Origin: Acidobacteriota bacterium
GTDB taxonomy: Bacteria; Acidobacteriota; Thermoanaerobaculia; Multivoradales; JAGPDF01
Length of the DNA: 64,000 nt
Assembly (NCBI GenBank): GCA_045862895.1
Contig: BTUO01000007.1
Coordinates: 169,020 to 233,019, forward strand
Direction: 5' to 3'
In this document: positions 1 to 8,266 of the stretch, one piece after another
Layout of the letters: every line of letters begins with the position of its first letter
How positions within the stretch are numbered: the first letter of the stretch is position 1
Program-made: the position numbers and the translations under genes
The notes under the pieces: generated by a model
What the model was told of the DNA's origin: nothing
The model's database searches: none
The model's input: only the letters and a program-made list of their open reading frames with translations

Positions 1-47
1 AGCCAGCTGACCGGCGAGGAGCCCGGATCGCCGGACCGGAGCCGGAG

Positions 48-708
48 CTACATTCGTCTCGGGTCCCCGGAGTAGCCGAGGGCCTTCCAGTCGAGCACCC
101 AGCCGCGACGCCCGTGGCAGTCGTGGCACCGGTAGGCCTGGCTCGCGGGCCGGACGGAGTGGCTGATGCTGAACGTCATGTCACGGGTGACGAGGGTCGC
201 TCGAGGGTAGTCGGTTCGCATCTCGTCCACGGTGACCGTGCCGTCGCCATCGGCGTCGGCCGCCTTGACCTCGGGTACGACGATCACGTCGTCGAGCGGC
301 GAAACCTCGGTCTTGACGAACCAGGTGACGGTGATCGGATTGAACGGGTAGATCTTCGCCCCCGGTGCGTTGCGCCGCTCGGTCACGCCGAGGATCGGCA
401 ACCGGTAGTCCCCCGCCGCGCCGGCGCCCAGGTTGTCGTACCACTTGTAGACCGGCAGGAAGCCGGGATCGCGCTTCACGCTCACCGGCGTGCCCGCCGC
501 GGTGAACACGTTCCACTGCCGGCTGGCGAGAGCCCAACCCGGCCGCGCGCCGGTGCAGCGCGCACCACGTCTCGAGCAGCCTCAGGCCCGTCCCCTGACC
601 GAGCTGTCCGCGGTACGACTGCTCGACGTTGCCGGGAACCAGGTCCTGACCCCAAACGGCGCCGACCAGCGGCAGGCCGGAAAGGAACGAACCGAATCTG
701 GCGGACAT
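48..708 (-). pseudogene. c-type cytochrome resembling the C-terminal part of octaheme tetrathionate reductase-like proteins; split by a frameshift near 545-565
   Basis: Strong RBS (GGGGAGGT) and ATG at 708 give MSARFGSFLSGLPLVGAVWG...ETWCALH. The C-terminal half (KRDPGFLPVYKW...AKIYPF...SHSVRP...CHDCH...LDWKALGYSGDP) is in a different frame (ORF 48..509, open upstream only to the TGA at 582). One intact CxxCH. Confidence 0.55.
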
Positions 709-961
709 GGACACCTCCCCTCGACGGCCGATTCGCGGGAGCGAATCCCATCGATCCGCGGGTCCAAGTAGCAACGGGGGTGCCGCGTCCATTCGCCCCG
801 CGAGCCGCGACGGGCGAATCGACAAGTCGTTGATTCGACGAAAGATCCATCCACCTCGCTGGCTCGTGCCGCGGTCCGGCACGAACCGCCCGGGCGACCT
901 CTCCTGACGACCGTGTCCGTCGCCGCTCAAGCTCCCTGTGCGATTCGCCAGTGCCGTGGGT

Positions 962-999
962 GGAGCGGCCGAAGCCCTCGGGCCCGCGGGAACCGCTCC
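962..999. terminator. GC-rich stem-loop just downstream of the helicase gene (possible terminator or mRNA stabiliser)
   Basis: GGAGCGG (962-968) pairs with CCGCTCC (993-999), with internal hairpins. No U-tract. Confidence 0.3.
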
Positions 1000-1008
1000 G
1001 GCCGAGTC

Positions 1009-3555
1009 TCAGCGGCGGATCCAGAGGGGGGAGAGCAGCGGCTGGTCGACGGCGGTGGCGCCGCGCAGGTCGACGGCGGCGCCGAGACCCCAGTCGTGAT
1101 CCCCCTCCGGATCGAGCAGGGTCTGGACCACCTCCCACTGGCGGTCGCCGGTCGGGGTGATCTTGGTCCACTCGTGGCGGCGCGCTTCCGGCGTATCGAG
1201 CAGGGCCGCGTGCTCGGCGAAGAACGGCGCGAGCTCGGACTCGAGGCGCGCGGCGTCCCACGGCTGCTGCGGGTCGACCGCGATCCGCTCGGCGGCCTCC
1301 TCCCAGTCCTTCTGCGCCAGGGCGTGGACCAGCAGGTGCATCTCCGAGCGCAGCCGCGCGGCCAGCGCGCGCGGACTCTCGACCAGCTCGCGCACCCAGA
1401 TCGCCTCGACGATCCGCTCGCGCTCCTCCTTCTTGCGCACCAGCAGCTCCGGATGGAGCAGGCTCTCCCACTCCTCGAGCAGCGAGGAGTCGGTCAGCTC
1501 GATCAGCGTGCGGAAGAAGGCGACGGCGTCGCGCACCGGGTCGTCCTTGGCGGCGTCCGGGACGTTCTGCTCGAGGGTGCGGTAGAGCTGCGAGAGGTAG
1601 CGCAGCAGCACGCCCTCGCTCCGCTGCAGCTGGTAGAGCCGGACGTAGTCGTCGAACGAGGAGAAGGTCTCCCACATCTCGCGGCCGATCGACTTGGGCG
1701 AGATGTCCTCGCCGCCGACCCACGGATGCAGCCGCGCGAAGGCGTCGAAGTGGCCGGCGAGATAGTCGGCGAGCGGCCGCGGATGGGTCACCGTCTCGAG
1801 CCGCTCCATGCGCTCCTCGTAGGAGAGGCCGTCGGCCTTCATCTCGGCGACCAGGCGCCCCTTCTCGCGGTCGGCCTGCTTACGCAACACGACCACCGGG
1901 TCCTCGAGTACCGATTCGACCACCGTCAGCAGGTCGCCGACGTAGCTCTCCGAGGCGGGCTCGAGCCGCTGCACCATCTCGACCAGGAACAGCGACAGCG
2001 CGTGGTGGAGCGAGAAGTCGAACTGCAGGTCGGGCGCGACCACGATCCATCGGTACTCGGTGCGGGTGTCCTTGCGGGTCTCGAGGATGCCGGCGCGGCC
2101 GAGCGAGCGGATCAGCACGGCGGCGCGCGTCAGGTGGCGCTTCCTCGCCCCCTCCTCGTCGTGGCAGGAGGCGATCAGCTCGCGCAGCGAGGCGAAGTTG
2201 CGGCGCCCGGGGTCGTCGATCTCCTCGTCGCGCTGGAGCAGCTGGAGCACCATGCCGTGGGTGATCCGGAAGCGCGAACGCAGCGTCTCCGGCGGACGCT
2301 CGATCAGCTTGCGGAAGGTCTCCTCGGTCCACACCACCTCGCCCGGCTTCGGCTTGAACGAGGCTCCGCCCTTCTTGCCCTTGCGCTCGGCGACCTTGCG
2401 ATCGACGACGTGCTCGGGCGCCTGCGCCACCACCAGGCCGCGGTCGTCGAACCCCTTGCGGCCGGCGCGGCCGGCGATCTGCTGGAAGTCGCGCACCGCG
2501 AGGATGACGATCTTCTTGCCGTCGAACTTGGCGAGCTTCGAGAACAGCACCGTCCGGATCGGGATGTTGACCCCGACGCCCAAGGTGTCGGTGCCGCAGA
2601 TCACCTTGAGCAACCCCTTCTGCGACAGCTGCTCGACCAGCAGGCGATACTTGGGCAGCAGCCCGGCGTGGTGGAGGCCGACGCCGAACGAGACGTAGCG
2701 CCGGATCTCCTTGCCGTACGGCGTGTCGAAGCGGAAGTCGCCGATCGTCTCGCGGATCGCCTCGCGCTCCTCGCGCGTGGTCATCGGCTGTGAGGTCAGC
2801 GACTGCGCGAGCTCGGCGCAGTCGCGCTGGGTGAAGGAGACGACGTACACCGGCGAGAGCTTGCGGCGCAGCAGCTCGTCGATGGTCTCGTGGAGCGGCG
2901 TCTCGCGCCACTCGAAGTCGAGCGGAACCGGGCGCAGCACCGAGGTCACCCGCGCCACCTCGCGCCCGGTGGCGCGCTCGAGCCGCTCCGAGATCGGCCC
3001 CATGTCGCCCAGCGTCGCCGACATCAGCAGGAAGCGGGTCGCGGGCAGCATCACCAGCGGCACCTGCCAGGCCCAGCCGCGCTCGTCGTCCGAGTAGTAG
3101 TGGAACTCGTCCATCACCACCTCGGGGGCGTCGAGCAGCGGCCCCGAGCGCAGCGCCATGTTGGCCAGCACCTCGGCGGTGCAGCAGAGCACCTTCGCCT
3201 CCGGATTGATCGAGGCGTCGCCGGTCAACATGCCGACCCGTTCGGCGCCCAGCTCGTCGCAGAGCGCGAAGAACTTCTCCGACGCGAGCGCCTTGATCGG
3301 GCTGGTGTAGTACGAGATCCGGCCCTCGGCGAGCGCCTTGAAGTGGAGACCGAGAGCGACCAGCGATTTGCCCGAGCCCGTGGGCGTCGCCAGCACGACG
3401 TGACGCCCCGACCAGATCTCGAGCAGCGCCTCTTCCTGCGCCGGGTAGAGCTGGAACCCCGCCTGCGCGCACCACTCGAGGAATCGGCTGAACAGCTCGT
3501 CGGCCGGAACGGGCGCCTCCGGCAGGAAGTCGGCGAGCGGTCGGTGGGTGCTCAT
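1009..3555 (-). CDS. Ski2/HelY-like DEAD/DEAH-box helicase (DUF3516-type C-terminus)
   Basis: Walker A TPTGSGKS, SPIKALASEK, DEFH, LLMSAT, TDTLGVGVNIP, QIAGRAGRKG. 848 aa. Confidence 0.93.
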   Translation of the reverse strand: MSTHRPLADFLPEAPVPADELFSRFLEWCAQAGFQLYPAQEEALLEIWSGRHVVLATPTGSGKSLVALGLHFKALAEGRISYYTSPIKALASEKFFALCDELGAERVGMLTGDASINPEAKVLCCTAEVLANMALRSGPLLDAPEVVMDEFHYYSDDERGWAWQVPLVMLPATRFLLMSATLGDMGPISERLERATGREVARVTSVLRPVPLDFEWRETPLHETIDELLRRKLSPVYVVSFTQRDCAELAQSLTSQPMTTREEREAIRETIGDFRFDTPYGKEIRRYVSFGVGLHHAGLLPKYRLLVEQLSQKGLLKVICGTDTLGVGVNIPIRTVLFSKLAKFDGKKIVILAVRDFQQIAGRAGRKGFDDRGLVVAQAPEHVVDRKVAERKGKKGGASFKPKPGEVVWTEETFRKLIERPPETLRSRFRITHGMVLQLLQRDEEIDDPGRRNFASLRELIASCHDEEGARKRHLTRAAVLIRSLGRAGILETRKDTRTEYRWIVVAPDLQFDFSLHHALSLFLVEMVQRLEPASESYVGDLLTVVESVLEDPVVVLRKQADREKGRLVAEMKADGLSYEERMERLETVTHPRPLADYLAGHFDAFARLHPWVGGEDISPKSIGREMWETFSSFDDYVRLYQLQRSEGVLLRYLSQLYRTLEQNVPDAAKDDPVRDAVAFFRTLIELTDSSLLEEWESLLHPELLVRKKEERERIVEAIWVRELVESPRALAARLRSEMHLLVHALAQKDWEEAAERIAVDPQQPWDAARLESELAPFFAEHAALLDTPEARRHEWTKITPTGDRQWEVVQTLLDPEGDHDWGLGAAVDLRGATAVDQPLLSPLWIRR

Positions 3556-3591
3556 CCGGCGATTGTGGCACGACGAAGTAGCATCGACGGC
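3556..3591. promoter_or_regulatory. back-to-back -10 elements of two putative leaderless promoters
   Basis: Minus strand: TG-C-CACAAT, 6 nt before the ATG at 3555. Plus strand: TAGCAT (3579-3584), 7 nt before the ATG at 3592. No SD for either gene. Confidence 0.6.
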
Positions 3592-4254
3592 ATGAGAAGA
3601 CTCCTCGCCCTGCTCCCGTCCGTCACTTTCGCCCTCCTGGCCCCGTCCGCGGCACCCGGTGCCAAAGCCGCGCCGATCGACAGCGTCCCGCTGGTCTGGC
3701 GCCCGTCCGCTTCGGCCGCCGTGCCGCCGATCGATGCCGCGCCGTTCGAGAAGGTCCGCATCCGCGTCGCGGCGTTCGCCGACGCGCGCGGCGTCGAGGC
3801 GGGGCAGCTCGGCACGCGCGACGGTTCGGTGCCGGTGACCACCCCCGACGACGTCGCCGAGTTCGCGACCGACCGCTTCCTCGCCGCGCTCGAGGAGGAG
3901 GGGCTCACGGCCGTCGACGACCGCTTTCTCGAGAGGATCGGCGCCGACCTGGTCGAGCGACCCGACGGCGTCGTCACGCGGGTCGCCGGCCGCGTGATCA
4001 CGACGCGGGTCGAGATCGGCAAGGAGCTCGAGACCGAAGTGCAGCTCGAGCTGACGGTGACGGTCGATCCGAAGAAGGACGAGCCCGCGAAGCCGGCGCT
4101 GTTTGTTGGCACCGCCACCGGCCGCTCGGGCCGCAGCGCCCGCTCCTACGAGGTCGGCGACGCCCAGGAGGCGCTCTCCGACGCGCTCGGCGAGGCGATC
4201 GCCCAGCTGCTGCGCACCGAGGCGTTCGTGAAATCGCTGCGAGGCGAGCGCTAG
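3592..4254 (+). CDS. exported hypothetical protein (loosely YajG-like alpha/beta fold)
   Basis: ATG 3592 within ORF 2890..4254. Signal-peptide-like MRRLLALLPSVTFALLAPSAA. Host-like codon usage. 220 aa. Confidence 0.75.
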   Translation: MRRLLALLPSVTFALLAPSAAPGAKAAPIDSVPLVWRPSASAAVPPIDAAPFEKVRIRVAAFADARGVEAGQLGTRDGSVPVTTPDDVAEFATDRFLAALEEEGLTAVDDRFLERIGADLVERPDGVVTRVAGRVITTRVEIGKELETEVQLELTVTVDPKKDEPAKPALFVGTATGRSGRSARSYEVGDAQEALSDALGEAIAQLLRTEAFVKSLRGER

Positions 4255-4277
4255 CCGGGTCGATCAGCGGGCGAGCG

Positions 4278-5393
4278 CTACCGGCCCACCCGCGCCGCGC
4301 CCATCGCCGCCAGGTACTCGCGGTCGAACGCGGCGAGCTGGCTCTCGAGCTCCGAGTAGGGGCCCGGGACGTAGGCTGCCGAGGCGACCCCCTTCTGCGT
4401 GTTGGCGCAGAGCTCCCAGTCCTGGCGATTGGTCAGGTCCCAGAACTCGATCGCCGGCGCCGGATCGAAACCGGGGGCGGCGACCGCGTCCGGATGGAAG
4501 AGCCAGTCGCAGACGATGCGCGTGGTGGTGCGCCCGAGCGGCACGGCGCGGTGAACCAGCACGTAGTCGGGGTGGAGCGACAGGAACATCGACGGAAAGA
4601 CGGTGTAATAGAGGACGTGGCCGCGGTCGGCGTCGGCGAGACCGGGCAGCAGCGGCGCGCAACGGGCGCCGCCCATCGTCATCGAGCCGTCGCGCTCGGT
4701 CATCCACATCGGCCCGCCCAGCACCGCCCCCTCGTCGAGGTCGTTGACCGTGTTGCGGTACGGCGTCAGCTTGTTGAGGTGCGGGTGGACGCCGGGGCAG
4801 TGGTAGCACTCGCTGTAGTTGTGGAAGAACAGCTTCCAGTTGGCCTCGACCGTGTACTCGGTGCGATGGACGCGCGCGAGCTCGGCCATCCGCCAGCGTT
4901 CGAAGCGGCCGGTGAGCGGCGCCATGGCGCGCGCGAACGGCTCGGGGTCGCCGGCCAGCGAGACGAACAGCAGCCCCTCGTGCTCGGCCATCGCGCAGGG
5001 GAGCAGGCCGTGGTCGGCGCGGTCGAAGCCCGCCACGTCCTGCATGCCGGGCGCGGCCCGCAGCGCGCCGTCGAGCCCGTAGGTCCACGCGTGGTACGGG
5101 CACTGGAAGGCGCGCGGCGCCTCGCCCGCCGACTCCCCGCAGATCCGGCTGCCGCGGTGGCGGCAGAGGTTGTGGAAGGCGCGCACCGTGCCGTCGTCGC
5201 CGCGCACCAGGATCACGCTCTCGCCGAGCAGCTCGTGGACGAGGAAGCTCCCGGGCTTCGGCAGCTCCGAGACGTGCCCCGCCGCCAGCCAGCGGCGGCG
5301 GAAGATGCGCTCGCGTTCCTCGGCGAAGATCTCGTCCGAGGTGAAGTACTCGCCGGTGAGGGTGTGCTGTCCGAAGGCGGTGCGCTGCTTCAT
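4278..5393 (-). CDS. Rieske non-heme iron oxygenase alpha subunit (choline monooxygenase/GbcA-like)
   Basis: Rieske ligands CRHRG...CPYH and mononuclear Fe motif NYSECYHCPGVH...QD. Start MKQRTAFGQH at 5393. 371 aa. Confidence 0.92.
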   Translation of the reverse strand: MKQRTAFGQHTLTGEYFTSDEIFAEERERIFRRRWLAAGHVSELPKPGSFLVHELLGESVILVRGDDGTVRAFHNLCRHRGSRICGESAGEAPRAFQCPYHAWTYGLDGALRAAPGMQDVAGFDRADHGLLPCAMAEHEGLLFVSLAGDPEPFARAMAPLTGRFERWRMAELARVHRTEYTVEANWKLFFHNYSECYHCPGVHPHLNKLTPYRNTVNDLDEGAVLGGPMWMTERDGSMTMGGARCAPLLPGLADADRGHVLYYTVFPSMFLSLHPDYVLVHRAVPLGRTTTRIVCDWLFHPDAVAAPGFDPAPAIEFWDLTNRQDWELCANTQKGVASAAYVPGPYSELESQLAAFDREYLAAMGAARVGR

Positions 5394-5422
5394 GGTCGAC
5401 TCCGGAGCGCGCCCGGCGCCCT

Positions 5423-5459
5423 TCGGGGCGCGTCGGCGCTCGCGCCCCGATGCTATGCT
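5423..5459. promoter_or_regulatory. overlapping divergent -10 elements plus a perfect 10-bp inverted repeat (candidate operator or 5' hairpin)
   Basis: TCGGGGCGCG-N8-CGCGCCCCGA at 5423-5450. TAGCAT on minus (5450-5455) and TG-C-TATGCT on plus (5451-5459). Confidence 0.5.
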
Positions 5460-5486
5460 CGCCTCGCTCTTCCGACACCACCCCGC

Positions 5487-6677
5487 ATGCCGATTCCGTC
5501 CCCCTTCCACGAGCGTACCCGCCCGCTGTGCCGGAGCTGGCGCTGGAAGGACTGGGCGGGCTACGCCGCGGTCTGCAGTTACGACACCACCCACGACCGC
5601 GAGTACTTCGCCTTCCGCGAATCGGCCGGCCTGCTCGACGTTTCGCCGCTCTACAAGTACGAGGTGAAGGGCCAGGACGCCGCCGTCGCGCTGTCGCGCA
5701 TGATGGTGCGCGACGTCGGCAGGATCAAGGTCGGCCGCGTCGCCTACTCCTGCTGGTGCGACGACGACGGCAAGGTGGTCGACGACGGTACCGTGGCGCG
5801 GCTCGCCGAGGATCACTTCCGGGTCACCGCCGCCGATCCGACGCTGCACTGGCTGCTGGCGGTCTCGCGCGGCCTCGCGGTCGAAGTCGAGGACTCGAGC
5901 GTCGCGCTCGCCGCGCTCGCGCTGCAGGGGCCGACGTCGCGCGCGATCCTCGCCGCGGCGAGCGACGCCGATCTCTCGGCGCTGCGCTTCTTCGGCGTCA
6001 CGCCCGCCCGCATCGCCGGGATCGACGGCTGGATCACGCGCACCGGTTACACCGGCGACCTCGGCTACGAGGTCTGGGTGGCGCGCGAGCGCGCGCTCGA
6101 GCTCTGGGACGGGTTGATGGCGGCCGGCGCCTCGTTCGGCATCACCCCCGCCGGGCTCGACGCGCTCGACATGGCGAGGGTCGAGGCCGGGTTCATCCTG
6201 CTCGGCGTCGACTACTTCAGCTCGACCAAGGTGGTCCTCGAGTCGCGCAAGTCGACCCCGTTCGAGCTCGGCTTCGACTGGATGGTCGACCTCGACCGCG
6301 GCCCGTTCGTCGGCCGCGCCGCGCTGGCGCGCGAGAAGCGCGACGGCTCGAAGTGGGCGCTGGTCGGTCTCGAAGTCTCCTGGGAGGCGCTCGAGGCGCT
6401 CTACGAGAGCTACGGGCTGCCGCCGTCGCTGCCGGCGCACGCCCGGCGCGACGCGATCCTGGTCTCGGCCGACGGCCGCCAGGTCGGCCAGGCGACCAGC
6501 CACACCTGGTCGCCGCTGCTCAAGCGGTACGTCGCGATCGCCTCGGTGCGCCCGGAGCACGCGGCGGCCGGAACCCGACTCGAGCTCGAGCATACGGTCG
6601 AGTACGAGCGGCGGTCGGTGCCGGCGACGGTGGTGTCGCTGCCGTTCTTCGACCCGGAGAGGAAGAAGAAGCCGTGA
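5487..6677 (+). CDS. aminomethyltransferase family protein (GcvT-like, folate-binding)
   Basis: AGLLDVSPLYKYEVKG, DDGKVVDDGTV, ALQGP, TRTGYTGDLGYE, ARVEAG, PFFDPERK. 396 aa from ATG 5487. Confidence 0.92.
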   Translation: MPIPSPFHERTRPLCRSWRWKDWAGYAAVCSYDTTHDREYFAFRESAGLLDVSPLYKYEVKGQDAAVALSRMMVRDVGRIKVGRVAYSCWCDDDGKVVDDGTVARLAEDHFRVTAADPTLHWLLAVSRGLAVEVEDSSVALAALALQGPTSRAILAAASDADLSALRFFGVTPARIAGIDGWITRTGYTGDLGYEVWVARERALELWDGLMAAGASFGITPAGLDALDMARVEAGFILLGVDYFSSTKVVLESRKSTPFELGFDWMVDLDRGPFVGRAALAREKRDGSKWALVGLEVSWEALEALYESYGLPPSLPAHARRDAILVSADGRQVGQATSHTWSPLLKRYVAIASVRPEHAAAGTRLELEHTVEYERRSVPATVVSLPFFDPERKKKP

Positions 6678-8263
6678 GCACGCGCTGGGACGCGATCGTC
6701 GTCGGCGGCGGCCACAACGGGCTGGTCTGCGCGGCCTATCTCGCCAAGGCCGGCCGCAAGGTCCTGGTGCTCGAGCGCCGCCACCAGGTCGGCGGCGCCA
6801 CCACCACCGAGGAGATCCATCCGGGATTCCGCTACTCGTGCTGCTCGTACGTGGTGTCGCTGCTGCGGCCGTGGATCATCCGCGACCTCGACCTGCCGCG
6901 CCACGGCTACGAGATCCTGCCGCTCGAGTCGACCTTCACGCCGTTCCCCGACGGTCGCTATCTGCTGCGCGACGGCGACCCGGAGCGCACGCGGCGCGCG
7001 ATCGCCGCCTTCTCGCCGCGCGACGCCGAGGTCTACAAGCGCTTCGGTCAGGAGATGGCCGAGCTGGGGCGTCTGGTCAAGCCGCTGATCGACGCGCCGG
7101 CCCCGGACCCGACCTCGTTCGCCCCCGGCGACCTGCTGCAGATCGGCCGCCTCGCCCGTCACCTGCGCGCCCAGGGCGAGAAGCGGCTGATCGGCAATCT
7201 GAAGATGCTGACCGCGAGCGCGGTCGACTTCCTCTCCGAGTGGTTCGAGTGCGAGCAGTTGATCGCGCCGATGTCGGTCTCCGGCATCATCGGCACCTTC
7301 CTGGGCGTGCGCTCGCCGGGCACCGCCTACGTGCTGCTCCACCACTACATGGGGGAGATCGACGGCTCGTACCGCGCCTGGGGGCTGCCCAAGGGGGGCA
7401 CCGGCGCGATCGCGGCCGCGATCGCCTCGGCCGCGCGCGCCGCGGGTGCCGAGATCCGGGTCTCGGCGCCGGTCGCCCGGGTGCGGATGCGTCGCGGTCG
7501 CGCCGACGGGGTCGTGCTCGAGGACGGCACCGAGCTCGACGCCAAGGTGGTGATCTCGGGAGTCGATCCTCACCGCACCTTCCTCGGGCTGGTCGGCGAA
7601 GAGCACCTCGACGGCGAGTTCGCCCGCTCGATCCGGCGCTTCAAGATGCGCGGATCCTCCGGCAAGGTCAACCTCGCGCTCGACGGGCTGCCCGATTTTT
7701 CGTGCCTGCCGGGCGTCGGTCCGCACCTCGCCGGCGACATCACCATCGCGCCGTCGATCGACTACCTCGAGCGCGCCTACGACGACGCCAAGTACGGCGC
7801 CTTCTCGCGGCGCCCGTTCATGGACATCGTGATCCCGTCGCTGACCGATCCGACGGTGGCGCCGCCGGGTCAGCACGTGATGTCGATCTTCGTCCAGTAC
7901 GCGCCCTACCACCTCAAGGAAGGACCGGCCGACTGGGAGAACCAGCGCGAGGCCTTCGGCGACGCGGTGATCGACACGCTCTCGGAGTACGCGCCCAACC
8001 TGAAGAGCCGGATCCTCCATCGCCAGGTGCTGTCGCCCTGGGACCTCGAGAAGGTCTACGGGCTGACCGAAGGCAACATCTTCCACGGCGAGCTCTCGCT
8101 CGAGCAGCTCGCCTTCCTGCGCCCGGCGGCCGGCTGGAGCCGCTATCGCACGCCGGTCGACCGGCTCTGGATGTGCGCCTCGGGGACCCACCCCGGCGGC
8201 GGCATCATGGGCGCCCCGGGCGCCCTCTGCGCGCGGGCGCTGCTCGAGACGAGGACGGTCTAG
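6674..8263 (+). CDS. phytoene desaturase-like FAD-dependent oxidoreductase (PYROXD2-like), copy 1
   Basis: DAIVVGGGHNGLVCAAYLAKAG...LERR, GNIFHGE, GTHPGGGIMGAPG. GTG start overlaps the upstream stop (GTGA). 529 aa. Confidence 0.9.
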   Translation: MSTRWDAIVVGGGHNGLVCAAYLAKAGRKVLVLERRHQVGGATTTEEIHPGFRYSCCSYVVSLLRPWIIRDLDLPRHGYEILPLESTFTPFPDGRYLLRDGDPERTRRAIAAFSPRDAEVYKRFGQEMAELGRLVKPLIDAPAPDPTSFAPGDLLQIGRLARHLRAQGEKRLIGNLKMLTASAVDFLSEWFECEQLIAPMSVSGIIGTFLGVRSPGTAYVLLHHYMGEIDGSYRAWGLPKGGTGAIAAAIASAARAAGAEIRVSAPVARVRMRRGRADGVVLEDGTELDAKVVISGVDPHRTFLGLVGEEHLDGEFARSIRRFKMRGSSGKVNLALDGLPDFSCLPGVGPHLAGDITIAPSIDYLERAYDDAKYGAFSRRPFMDIVIPSLTDPTVAPPGQHVMSIFVQYAPYHLKEGPADWENQREAFGDAVIDTLSEYAPNLKSRILHRQVLSPWDLEKVYGLTEGNIFHGELSLEQLAFLRPAAGWSRYRTPVDRLWMCASGTHPGGGIMGAPGALCARALLETRTV

Positions 8264-8266
8264 ACG

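Noticed and set aside
582-584. In-frame TGA upstream of the cytochrome C-terminal frame as possible selenocysteine or readthrough
   Set aside because: The frame upstream of the TGA (ORF 582..854) looks non-coding, with poor codon usage and no RBS. The good RBS/ATG is in another frame, and I recognise no SECIS. A frameshift explains it better.
770-905. Palindromic, relatively AT-rich stretch upstream of the cytochrome (FNR site or ncRNA?)
   Set aside because: TTGAT is not followed by N4-ATCAA, and no known RNA motif is recognisable.
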